DNA of 64,000 bases, taken from Cenococcum geophilum. Taxonomy: Eukaryota. The stretch covers positions 22,816,001 through 22,880,000 of the forward strand of contig CP158635.1 in NCBI GenBank assembly GCA_050273025.1, written 5' to 3'. This document shows positions 28,901-40,184 of this stretch, piece after piece. Made by a program: the position numbers and the translations under genes. How positions within the stretch are numbered: position 1 is the first letter of the stretch; each line of letters begins with the position of its first letter. The notes under the pieces were generated by a model. It was not told where the DNA came from, made no database searches, and worked only from the letters and a program-made list of their open reading frames with translations.

Positions 28901-29417
28901 AAGATACGGTCCTCTAGGCGATCTTACGCGTTAGCAGTTAAGTTAATACGTAGTCTTAAGCTTTAAGGTCCTCTAGGCGATCTAACACGTTAACAGTTAA
29001 GTTAATACGTGGTCTCGAGCTTTAAGGGGTGATGTAGCTCTCTCTAAGTAAAGATATAATTCTTTAGGCGATCTTACGCGTTAGCAAGCTAATACATAGT
29101 CTTAAGCTTTAAGGGTAACGTAGCTTTCTCCTTTAACTAAAATAGGGCGATAGCTCTGTAATCTAACGCGTTAGCAGTTAAGCTAATACGTGGTTTTAAG
29201 CTTTGCTATTGCGTATTTCCTAATCTATACGTCTACTAATTAGTATCGGTATAACTCTCTTTATCAACATGCACGAATATTACTTATAGTGGTACGTATG
29301 CGGTGTTAAAGTTAGTAGTTAATTGTTATATCTAGAAATAGGGGTTTGCTCCAAGGTCAGATTAGCTAGTCTTGCTTCATGGTCTTGTAACCACGTCACA
29401 TAACTAACATTCCGACA
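22967..29417 (-). mobile_element. Full-length Ty1/Copia LTR retrotransposon C, RIP-inactivated
   Basis: 174-bp LTRs at 22967-23140 and 29244-29417 (TGTCGG...CCGACA consensus), TSD ATTAC at 22962-22966 and 29418-29422. Minus-strand motifs include KPLY(G>R)VP(E>K)AGN at about 24645-24680, RSVLASELYG at about 23890-23925, and a Pro/Ala/Thr-rich gag repeat at about 28100-28330. Confidence 0.95.
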
Positions 29418-29594
29418 ATTACTTAAATTTAAGTAAATTTTTCTTAAAAAAAACTATAAAATCAACTAATATAGAACCTTTTATTTAATATAATATAATT
29501 TTTATACGTTTAGCTAACGTGGTTAAAAAGTTATAGGTATTTTTAGATTTTTAGTTAGGCGTTGACTAATGACTTTCTGTAGGTGATTGTACAC

Positions 29595-29650
29595 GTATCA
29601 ATTGGGGGGTGTGCGCGCAGTAATTAGGGGGTGTGCAACTAGTGGTGGCC
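29595..29650 (-). repeat. Isolated TIR-like end related to the arms of the 33836-34700 element
   Basis: gtatcaattggggggtgtgcgcgcagtaattagggggtgtgcaactagtggtggcc resembles gtatcaattggggggtgtacgcgtattatttagggggtgtataattgtcgttgacc (34645-34700). Confidence 0.65.
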
Positions 29651-30043
29651 TAATTATTTAAGCTTAATTACAAGAGTTAAACTTAAAATTCCCTAGTGCG
29701 TACGAAGCGAAATTGCTGTGTGTGTTGCGCGCGCACATGGGGGGAGGGGATATTCATTCTTAACCTCGCCCCGATTTGACGTGCAAGCTCGACTTGTCTG
29801 CAAGCCATCGGGCGACAGGACCGATAGCGTAGCTCGTCTCGTGGTAATGACGATGACATTCACAAGCCATGATAGAGCAATTCATCCAATGATTTCCGTC
29901 TCCACGATCATGCTCGCTCTCCTGCTGTTCTCGGCGACATGCACCCTTTTTCGATACTCATGCAGGTGTAAGGTGGGTCAATAGTTTCTTTGTGGCTTCT
30001 ACGTCGACATCCGCTTCGGCAGAACGCCACTTGATCGGAGCTG

Positions 30044-30503
30044 CAGCCTGCGAGTGCTCCAAAATTTCAAATTCGGTACGCGCATCCAATCTCGCGAGTA
30101 ATTGTAGCGAACGGCTGTGGCTACACGCAAGGACCTTTTTGGTTGCCATGGAGAATCGCCTTGGTTGGCCAGGAGAATCAAATTGAAGACGTACGCTTCC
30201 TCTTCTCCCCTTAACTACGCCTCCTGTTTTAGCCGCCAAAACGCGAATACAACGCTGTCTCTACAAAGCGGTCGATGAAATTTGGCAGTGTCGTACGGGT
30301 AGAACCCTTACGACATTTGACAAAGATTACGGCACTGCGGAGGAAGGCCTCCAGAAACAAAGTTCTTACAGCCAAGCATATAGCTTCGCTACAATTACTA
30401 CGTACAGCTGGTGGCAACCAGGCGAAATTGGATGCGCGTAGCGAATTTGAAATATCGCAGCGCTCGCCAAATGGGGGGGTGAAGCTGGTCATGCAACAGG
30501 CTG
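30044..30503. mobile_element. MITE-like fold-back element 1 (Tc1/mariner-type CAG terminus; left TIR partly deleted)
   Basis: Inverted repeat 30050-30095 / 30422-30467. The right end is ...caggctg|TA, and the interior aligns with element 2. Confidence 0.75.
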
Positions 30504-30505
30504 TA

Positions 30506-30988
30506 CAGTCTTGTGCACGACCAGCTTCCCCCCCCCTTAGGCGAATCGCAGATTCGCTACTGGCATTTAATTTCGCTCAATCGCTACCAACTCTACGCGG
30601 TAATTGTAGCGAACGGCTGTGGCTGCACGCAAGGGCCTTTTTGGCTGTCCTGGAGAATCGCCCCGGTTGGCTGGGAGATTCGAATTGAAACAATGAAGAA
30701 GTTGCCTAACGTCCGCTCCCTCTTCTCCCCTTTTCTACCTACGCCTCCGTTATAGCCGCTAAAACTTGAATACAACGCTGTTTCTGCAGAGAAGTCGATG
30801 AAATTTGGCAATATCGTACAGGGTGAAAACCTCATAATATTTGACAAAGATCGCGACACTGCGAAACTGTGGAGGAAGGCGATTACGAATGGAGGCGTTC
30901 GCTATGATTTCTATGTACAGTTGGTGGTAATCTAGCGAAATTGAATACCCGTACCGAATCTGTTTTTCGCCTAAGGGGCACAAGACTG
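30506..30988. mobile_element. MITE-like fold-back element 2 with TA target duplication
   Basis: TA|CAGTCTTGTGC...GCACAAGACTG|TA, plus an imperfect inverted repeat of about 85 bp (30533-30615 / 30896-30978). Confidence 0.85.
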
Positions 30989-31042
30989 TATCCACTCGTT
31001 TGCTTTGAATACAGGGTCCGGGAGGTTCGGTGTCCGTGCGCG

Positions 31043-31493
31043 CAGCAGCGGTGGCATCTAATTTCGCTTGAGCTTCGCCTAAATTAAATTCGGAGCTCTG
31101 AGCTCAATTTTGAAGCCACATATTCTGAACTCCTCTCCCTCACCAAAAGTCGTGGCATTATAAAGCCTCTTTCTCCTATCAATATAGAAGCTCCAAACGC
31201 GGGCGCATACACGCATACTGGCGCCGGCTATAAGAAGGATTTCAAATAAAGGCGTACTGCCAGTCGCCCATATTTGGAGCCATATTAGGGAAGGCAACGG
31301 GGTAAAACACCAAGATCTAGAGGTGATAATACAATTTGGTAGGGGAGAGGGGTTCAGAATAGCTTCAAAATCGAGCTTAGAGCTCCGAATTCGAGGTGGG
31401 CCGTGGCTCAAGCCCTAACCACGTACTACACCCCTTCCTGCTAGCTCTACAATTTAGGCGAGGCTCAAGCGAAATTAGATGCCACCGCTGCTA
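31043..31493. mobile_element. MITE-like fold-back element 3 with nested inverted repeats
   Basis: Outer IR cagcagcggtggcatctaatttcgcttgagc(t/c)tcgcctaaatt at both ends; inner IR at about 31087-31130 / 31352-31391. No clear TSD. Confidence 0.75.
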
Positions 31494-31796
31494 GTATCAG
31501 TGAAGAAATAAGCGAGTCCAAAGTGACATAGGGGAAGGGCATCGCTCTGATTGGGCGGGATTCTCCAGTATTGTCTTGGTATGCGCCGCGATACTCGCCA
31601 CCAAGGGCAAGCTGCAGCCAAACATATATCCTCACCGTCAACTCACCTGATGTCAGTAAGCAGTAAGATAATGGGCAGGATAAGTATCAGCGGTAAGCCA
31701 GATCATTGAGCAATTCTCTAGTCATATGCTTTATATTAGTGTTGTCTTTCTTTGGCCGAAAGTCAGTCGTTACTACCCGGCACCCACCTACTCAAG

Positions 31797-33662
31797 ATGA
31801 TATCATCTACCCTTCTCCTAGCTTTGCTTGGAGGCGTGGCCAGCACGTTCGCGTGCGAGATCCCCGAGGAGCCACTGTCCAATACCATTTCCGAGGGGTT
31901 CAGCATCTTTGTTCAGAACTCGTCCATTCCTGTGGTTCACAACCGCATCATGAACTTCAGGCCAAACGGCCTTGATCAACACCTGGTGCTGCGTCCGGAG
32001 GGCGGTCCCACCTATGACCTGCTGACTCTTGAAAACGGCTATCTTCGATTTGAAGGCCGTAACGCCGTTATCGATCTCGAGGTAAGGGTCTTATAGACGG
32101 ACTATAGCCGCTAGAACGAACAGTGTTGAGAGAATTTTGCTAGTATAATCCCATCGACGACACTACCAAGATGTTCATGACGGACCGGACTTTCCACCCA
32201 GCCGCTCTCTTCCAGCCAGTATATAGCTGCAATCCGGACACGGACGAGCTGCAAATTGGACTGGTACTTGTGTCGCGTCTCACTGATCCACCTGTCGAGG
32301 GTGGTCTGATCGGCATACAAACTGCAGGAGAGACCTATGAATTTCGATATACACCTCCCAACAACCATTGTAAGCTGCTCCGACTACTTCTATGCACCTA
32401 CAGAATGAAACCGGCCGAGTCCCCTAAGGGCCAAAACAATCAATTATTGCTAGTGTTGCGATTGCTGACACGCATGTACACAATATTTAGTACTCGACGC
32501 AAGATTCATGCCGGTGCTAATGGTGATCTTCCGTGACGGCATAAGCCCCCCAACTCCTAGCTCGTCTTCGGCTGGCCCTACTGCGACACCAACACCTCCT
32601 TCTACCATTGGCGACTACGACTACGTGTCCTGCTGGGCTGAGCCAGATGGCGGCCGCACACTGGACGCTGTCTATGCTGCGACTGATATGACCAACGAAA
32701 AGTGCGCAGCGCAATGCGGTGGCTCTGAATACTTCGGTACACAATGGCGTGTGGAGTGCTGGTGTGGTCCAACTCTGGAGGATGGATCTGCTGCCGCTCC
32801 AGCCACAGAATGCACAGATACTTGCTCTGGCGATACGACTCAGATTTGTGGAGGCGGACGACGCCTCTCTCTTTACAAGCGTAAATCATCATCCTCAAGC
32901 TCACTAACAGTCTCACCTACCGCCTCGCCGACCGCGTCCTCGTCCTCTTCCTCGTCCTCATCGTCTTCGAGCTCTTCCTCATCCTCATCCTCATCCTCTT
33001 CTTCAACCGCACCGACATCTACACCACCAACAAACCCACCACAATTCCCACCAGTCGGTCCATACAACTATGTATCCTGCTGGGCTGAGCCATCTTCTGG
33101 TCGAGCACTTCCAGCCTCATATACCAGTGCCGATGATATGACGCTTGAGAAATGCGCCGGACTTTGCTCCCGCTACCCGTACTTCGGCACCCAGTGGGGC
33201 AGAGAATGCTTCTGCGACGAGGAACTGGCCTCGGGATCCGCCCCGGCTCCACAGTCAGAGTGCAACTACCCTTGCATCGGTGACGCCACGGAGCTTTGCG
33301 GTGGCTCGCGCCGTCTATCTCTCTACCTTAACGACGAGTGGACCGGTCCGGGTCACCCCGCTACCGTCGGTAGCTACGAGTTGTACGGCTGCGTCACTGA
33401 TAGCCCATCGCGTCGTACATTGACAGGAGGTTCGATTTCGAGCGCTTCGATGACACTGGAGACGTGTGCCGCACACTGCAGCGCTGGAGGTTTCAAGTAC
33501 TTCGGAACAGAGTGGAGCGTTGAGTGCTTCTGCGGAAATGCTTTCACTACAGGCGCCACTGATGTTGCTATCGGCCAGTGCAGTATGACTTGTGGAGGAA
33601 ATAGCGGCCAGCTATGCGGAAACGGAGATAGACTCAGTGTCTACCAACTGCCAGCGCCATGA
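31797..33662 (+). CDS. Secreted protein with an N-terminal domain of unknown function and three WSC carbohydrate-binding domains; predicted join(31797..32081,32144..32369,32491..33662), 560 aa
   Basis: Signal-peptide-like start MISSTLLLALLGGVASTFA. GT-AG introns at 32082-32143 and 32370-32490 (GTAAG donors, GCTGAC branch site at 32464) join three ORFs in frame. Three repeats of Y.(S/G)C...MT.E.C...C...YFGT(Q/E)W..EC(W/F)C...C...C.G....CG...RLS.Y with a poly-Ser linker. No TM or GPI tail and no RIP signature. Confidence 0.93.
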
Positions 33663-33835
33663 GTTTGCGCTGGATGCATGCCTGGTGGAAGTGGCGGGCG
33701 GGGGCTGCGCAGCACGACGGAGGGATAGGATTTGCGAAGCAAATCCATACCTACTAGTACTTCTATATAATATAAGCCTTAATAAGAATTACTAGGAAAT
33801 TTATAAATATACTAGAATATAGTAGTTTTAATTTA

Positions 33836-34700
33836 GGTCAACGATAATCATACACCCCCTAAATGATACGCGTACACCCCCCAATTGATACGCATACACC
33901 CCCTACCTCATTTGGTTTAGACGCTTCCCTATTAAGTTAGATGCTTCCTCATTAAGTTAGAATATCACGTGCGTTTGACTTGTTTGCGCCTGCATCGCGA
34001 AAATCAGTGCGAGCCTATAGTATAGCCAGTATTTCGCTCAAATGCTGAGGGCTCTCTACGAGTAGATCTGTCGACGCGATTTGCAATTGTAGAGCCGGTT
34101 GTAAGGTTGGTTGGCCGACCGCCGCGACGCTTCTACAATTGCAGGCCAGCAGAGGTGTTGTTTTGGGTCCCACCGGGCGCGCGTGGGCGCGTGGGCGCGA
34201 AGCACCTAAATCAGTTTGCGCAACGCCTCATAAAGCACTGCGCAATCCAATTAATCGACTCAGTCGCGATCCAAATTTAGACCCTACTACTTATACTATA
34301 ACTAAAATCAAGACTTAATCGTGATGTTGCAGTTATAAAATGTTGGTAGGGGGGGTACTTGGGCAGTCTCTTTGAGCTCAGCGACGTGTCACGTGACAGC
34401 GCGCGGGCCATCGTGTAGATATCTTCTCGGGGTCTTCGAGCCCCTGAGATTCTTCCTCATAGAGTATCATATGTATCATTCCATCAGCCTGCTCAGTGCC
34501 CTGACATAAAACTTACATGGCGCGCACTTTGGTTTTCGCGATGTAGGCGCAAATAAGTCAAACGCACGTGATATTCTAACTTAATGAGGAAGCATCTAAC
34601 TTAATAGGGAAGCGTCTAAACCAAATGAGGTAGGGGGTGTATGCGTATCAATTGGGGGGTGTACGCGTATTATTTAGGGGGTGTATAATTGTCGTTGACC
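33836..34700. mobile_element. 865-bp non-autonomous element with near-identical inverted arms of about 175 bp (MULE-like MITE candidate)
   Basis: 33836-34012 is the reverse complement of about 34521-34700, with GGTCAACGA termini. No credible ORF and no TSD detected. Confidence 0.8.
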
Positions 34701-34809
34701 ATTTTAAAAATATCACCAATATTATCCTTCCGCCTTCCGTTCCAGGGCCCCGGCGTGCGACAGCGCGCGTTACCAGTTGAATACCGCCCGAGAAAAAATT
34801 GGGGTGCGC

Positions 34810-37210
34810 TCGTCTTGCCCTCTCATTGGTCAAATCTTTTCGCCCTCATTGCCTAAATCTTCTCGCCCTCTCATTAATTAAATCGTCTCGCCCTTTTATT
34901 TGTTAAATTTTCTCGCCCTCTTATTTGTTAAATCTTCTTTCGCTCTTAGGAGTTCTCCCCACTGCGTGCACGGTCCCACTCAATGCACACCAAAATCAAA
35001 TATTGCGAAGCCTCGATTTGAGGCTGTAGAATCACATACAATTGATAAAATTGTCTAGATTTTTGATGTAGTAATCTACTAAGTCTCCTCATTCAAACGA
35101 GCTATCGTATGAGATTTTCCGACCGTAGGAAGTCGTTGAATTTAGTGTTGAGCGCAAATAGCCCTAGATATGACCACTCCATCTACCTCCTTAATTGCGA
35201 CCTTTAAAATAACAATAAGAGATTGCCTAGTAGCTTGTTTCTTCCGTCTACCTCCTCTCGTTAGCTTAAGGTTGTTTTGAAGCTATAGATTAGCTACGCG
35301 AGCGTATACAGCCTTCTCTCTCTAGCGGCGTTTTTCAGCTGCCTCCTTCTCTTGTTGAACCTTGGCTTATATTCTACTCTACTTCCTCTATACTATCGCA
35401 AGTTGTCATTCTTCCTTTATAAGTTGCTTCTGAATCTTCTTATCCTATCGCCGTACCTCCTCTTGGTGTTATAGTTGTTTGCGCTCCTCTTAAAGCTCTT
35501 TTACTTGCTTAATCTTTAAGGGGCTAAAGAATATAGCCTTATAATTAGTTTCTACACGTAGATTATTAAAGAGAGGCTTACCATAAGTTCTCTTCTTCTT
35601 TTTATTGCTAAACGCCTTTTAGAGGCCCTTATTTTCTAAGCAAAGGAAAGTAATATTGGTAATAAGCTTAAGAACCGTATTTTCGAGCCTTTTAGCCTAT
35701 GGCTCTATAACCTTATTAACCACGTCTTATAGAAGCTTATGCACCTTCCTCTAGTCGCTTACTAAGAGGGCTAAGGTATTTAAGTTCCTTAATAAAGGCT
35801 AAGAGGCTATTTTACCTTGCTTTTACTAGGTCTTAACAGCGCTTAGAATAACCTCTAGATTAAGCGGATTAAGCCCAGTATTTGCCCACCTACTAAGTAT
35901 ATTATTCTTGGTAAAGGCCCTATTATAGGCAGCCTAATATAGACGGAAGAAATCGCGTTTTATAATAGAGGAGAGGCCCTAACTTTTATAGATAAGATTA
36001 TTAAGTTCTTAGCTGTAATAAGTGCTAAGAGGAGAGAAGAGACTAACGTTAAGAGGTTATAATCGGTGGGTCGAATAAGGCGGAAATACAGCCACTAATA
36101 TCCTATGCTTGTGACTCTAGTTAAGGAAGTTTCTATTAATATAAGATCTATAACTATTTAATATTAAGAGCCTCTAAGATCTTCCGCCTCTAGCCTTCTT
36201 CCTTATTTCTACATTAAAAAGGGTAGTAAGCTATAAGAATCCCATCTTATTATTTATCTAACCTATTATAGTAGATAAGAAGAAGACCCGGTATTATTTA
36301 GGGTTAAAATCTTAAAGCTAGGAGTCCTGGAGATTACTAAAAATAGCTTAATAAATTAGGCCTAAAGGGAGGCTTATTCCATTAGCGCAGATACTTATAA
36401 TTACTATAATCTACTCTCTATTACTGTCTTAACTAGCGCTAAGAAGCTTACCTTAAACTGCTTCTAATTTAGTATAGATTCTTTTACTCTTATTAAGTAC
36501 ACTAATAAGAAAGCCCTTTTTATCTATATTATATATATTATACACCTCAATCTCATACTTCTTAATTTTCTCTTTTAATAACTCGTAAAAGAGCTTATAC
36601 TAGTATAGATTATTAGCCTTTTTACGGGCTATATCAGCCGGGGTTAAATAGCTTAATTTTATCTTATCCTTATAACGCTTAATAAACCGTAAAACCCAGT
36701 TCTTTCTAGGCGTTATTCTTAAGATCTTAAAGGCGAAATTTCGCACCATTTGAGGTGTAGGAGGTAGGCCACGTTCGGTAAGAAGATTAATATACCTAAG
36801 AAGAGTCTTCTCCTATTGTATTAATAAAAGAGATCTCATTTCCGTCGCATCCTCTCTGGCGCGAGTAATCTGCCGATAACGCCGCGAAAGCGTAGAACGA
36901 ATAATATTGAATTCTTTGGCTGTCTAAGTGTAATTAGGAGGATCTTGTAGCTCCAATGCAGCAAGAGCGGCGTTAATTGGGTCCATTTTGATTGTATACG
37001 ATAGAGTTGAATTTTTTGGTGTTTTTGGATTTTGGTGTGCATTGAGTGGGACCGTGCACGCAGTGGGGAGAACTCCTATTTATTAAATCTTCTTTGGCTC
37101 TTATTTGTTAAATCTTCTTCGCTCTTATTTATTAAATTTTTCTTACACTTTTACTTATTAAATCTTCTTACGCTCTAATTTATCAAATCTTCTCGCCCTC
37201 TTATTAGTTA
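34810..37210 (+). repeat. Tandem array of about 25-bp units (aaatcttctcgccctcttatttgtt), split by the Fot1-like transposon
   Basis: About a dozen degenerate copies at 34810-34948 and 37079-37210. Confidence 0.85.
34949..37076 (-). mobile_element. Fot1/pogo-like (Tc1/mariner superfamily) DNA transposon, RIP-inactivated
   Basis: Perfect TIRs of about 49 bp (GGAGTTCTCCCCACTGCGTGCACGG...) with TA TSD. Transposase starts at ATG 36986 on the minus strand (MDPINAALAALE...STLSRR...LTERGLPPTPQMVRNFA), with DDE remnants and many stops. Confidence 0.95.
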
Positions 37211-37425
37211 GCTTTTTACCTCTTTAGGCTAATTAACGTATTCTCTTCGGAATTTCTTCGCGCCGCTGGTGTAGTCAGTTAGGAGGTATAGGTAGGAGAG
37301 GGGATCCTTAAATGTATTTGCTTATTGAGATCGGCTTGTTATTTACTTGGGTGGAAACGTCCTGTCTCTTTTATAAAATGGATCGTAGCTTTGACCGCGC
37401 TAATGTCTGGGAAACGCTATAAAAC

Positions 37426-37740
37426 AAGGGTGTGGCCGGAGTGGGTTGGCCGCCCTCCCTACTAGCTCCCACGAGATATAAGAACCTTAAATAGTATTAA
37501 CGACTATTACGTGACGCGGTGTAATGTACTTGTATGAAGCTAGGGCTGTGTAAGCTAGCTTTAATATACACGATGAGTTAGCACTTAAGTGATCGCTATG
37601 CGGCTGCTTAAGCCGGTGTGCGTTCGCCCCGCTATAACCGTGTTTACATAGCTTGATAAAAGCAGCCTTATCCCTTAATACGTCAGTTCGCGTCTATTTG
37701 TTATTGACAAGGACTAGCTAATTAAATTAACTAAATTAAA
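37426..37740 (+). repeat. Left member of a two-block repeat that recurs inverted at 61210-61523
   Basis: Block 1 aagggtgtggccgg...ggccgccctccctactag (37426-37465) and block 2 ttatcccttaatacgtcagttcgcgtc...ctagctaattaaattaactaaat (37668-37740). Confidence 0.75.
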
Positions 37741-39539
37741 TCGTCGTGCTTAGGAATATAAGGCTAGTGATATTTATAAAATCTTATATAAAACGATTTA
37801 TATAGCTTATTCCTTAAAGTTTAGTCGCTTAATATAAGGTAATTAACACTCGTCCTTTCTATAGAACGGAATCTGATATATTTTACACCTAAAATATATC
37901 CTTAGCGCTTGCTAGTGTTTTAGTGTTCCGCGTACGGACTACTAGCATATACAGCTAGAGGGGACCCTTAAGCTAATTAAGGTAGTTTTAGATTATAAGG
38001 CCCTAGAATACTTTAGAATAACTAAGGCCCTTATAGCCCGGTAGGTACGCTAGGTAAATACCCTATTTTAGTTTAACTTCTTAATTATATATAAACTAGG
38101 CGCTATAAACTGTACAAACGCTCTTATAAGGCGTAAGCAAAACTTAAATAGCTAGACAGCTGTAAAGATCTTATTATAAACCTAGATACTGCTATAACTA
38201 AAATGCCTTAACCCCTAGATATAGGCAGAACTAAGTACGGACTTCTTAGGCGCTAAGATATATCCTATTAACTACTATAGGCTAACTAAACGACCCCCTT
38301 TCTATAGGAGTACTATAAAAAGGTAAAGAACGTTGCTAGCTAATAATCCCTTAAAAACGGACTACTTAAGCACTAGGTACGGCTAGTAGTAGCTAAGGAA
38401 TAGGACTTATAGACCTAGCTTATTACCGAAGCTTATACCTAGGTCTCTATAGCCCAGCCTAGAAAAAATAAGACCCGTAAGATTATTAGTAACCGCTATT
38501 ACTAGCCCAAAATGGTTATAGATATTAACCGTTATATATAGAACTGCGACAGCTGCCGTAGATCTATAATCTTATAAGATAAGACCCTAGGACTATTAAA
38601 ACTACTTCTAATACTAGAACGCCCCTAGTAATATATCTTTATAGACCGTAACGGATACGATATAGTTATAATTCTAGTTAACCGCTTTAGTAAGCGCCCG
38701 TTCTTAATCCTATGTTATAAAAATATTAATGCTAAAAAAGCGGCCCGACTATATAATTACTATATCTACCAAATCTATAAACTACTAGATACTATTATAT
38801 CCGATTATAAGCCGTAATTTATATTAGCTTTCTAGAATAAGTTTACCTAGATTTTAGGCATTAAGCTAAAGCTTTCTATAGCATACTACCCCCAGATAGA
38901 TAGTTAGACGGAAATTATAAATTAATACTTAGATTAGAGACTTTGGCCCTTTATTAACTGCTTTTAAGATAACTAGGCTAAACTACTACCCCTAATAAAC
39001 TATACCTAAGCGACCCTACCCTATAAATCTATAGGATTTGCCCCTATTTAACTAGAAATAGGTTACTTACTCCATATAAGCTTTAACTAGAAAAAACTAG
39101 AAGGACCCCAAACTGTACGCGAAAAACTATCTTATAAAAAAGCACGGTAGTACGCTAAGCGCTTAGAAGAAGCCTAAATGGTAGCCTATATAAGTCTAGA
39201 AAAGGCCTAAAAATTAATATAATAATAGGCGAATAAGCATAGGCAAGAGCCTAACTTTGCCGTAAGAGATATGGTCTAGGTTATAATAAAGAACTAGAAG
39301 ATAGAATAACCTAGCCGTAAGCTAGACTATTAGATAGTAGGACTGTATAAGGTTCTTAAGAAAATAGGCAACTTATATAAAGTAAAGCTCCTAGATTTAA
39401 TTAAGGTTTACCCTATTTCCCCCCCAAATAAACCATAAAAGGCCGTAAATAACCTATTGCCTAGATAAAAGAATAAACCTCCCCTACTAATTTAAGTTAA
39501 TAGCGACGATAAATAGGAAATTAAAGAAGTATTAGCCTA

Positions 39540-39887
39540 TCCCTTACATTGTTAATGTGATATAAAATGTGACCCGTGCGCGCAATCAAGAACATCAAAG
39601 TGCGAGCCTATAATTCTGAGGGCTCTCTACAAGTAGATCTGTCGACGCAATTGGCAATTATAGAGCTAGTTGTAGGTTAATTGACTGACCGCCGCGACGC
39701 TCTATAATTGCAGGCTCTTGGATGCGAAGCAGGGGTGTTAATTTAGGTCTTACCGGGCGCGGGCGCGGGCGCGGAGGCAGCTCAAAACTTTGGTGATGCG
39801 GCAGAACGATTGACCGCCTGGGAATGCAGCTTATTGATTGGCACGCACGGGCCACAATTTATAGGACATAAACAACAGTGTAAGGGA
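39540..39887. mobile_element. 348-bp MITE with imperfect TIRs of about 50 bp and TA TSD, inserted in the Gypsy chromodomain
   Basis: TA|TCCCTTACATTGTT...AACAGTGTAAGGGA|TA; the empty site is visible in copy 3 at about 47740 (gcctgtaagctt). Confidence 0.92.
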
Positions 39888-40184
39888 TAAGCTTATAAGA
39901 GGAATATTAAAATATCACGTTAGCTAGAAAGGATACAACCTAGACCCCACTTAGTACCCTATATAGAACTTTATAGGTAGTCCCTATAAGCTTTAGGAGT
40001 TTTATAGTTATTACCCTAATAAACCTAGACCTCTAAAGTACCTTAATAAGTAGATAGAGTGCTAGAATAGCGAAGACAATAAGCTGCCTATTAAGTATAA
40101 AGATAAGAATACCCTACGGACATAATATAGACGTATAAAGCCTAAAGACAAGCTTTTTTAAAGGGGGGGGGGTAATATTATAGC

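Noticed and set aside
29718..31411. Many short overlapping ORFs (60-137 aa) on both strands
   Set aside because: Most fall within the MITE-like inverted repeats, are shifted-frame versions of each other, and show no recognisable domain.
32111..33795. Antisense and alternate-frame ORFs over the WSC gene (e.g. the acidic 32873-33067 ORF)
   Set aside because: They are shadows of the GC-rich coding strand and its poly-Ser tract.
34040..34150. Hammerhead ribozyme in the shared MITE core
   Set aside because: The CUGANGA and GAAA catalytic core is not present in the right arrangement, so it is kept only as an unspecified structured element.
34810..37210. CRISPR-like appearance of the 25-bp repeats (also the 17-bp and 20-bp arrays)
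   Set aside because: The repeats are contiguous and degenerate with no unique spacers, there are no cas genes, and the context is eukaryotic.
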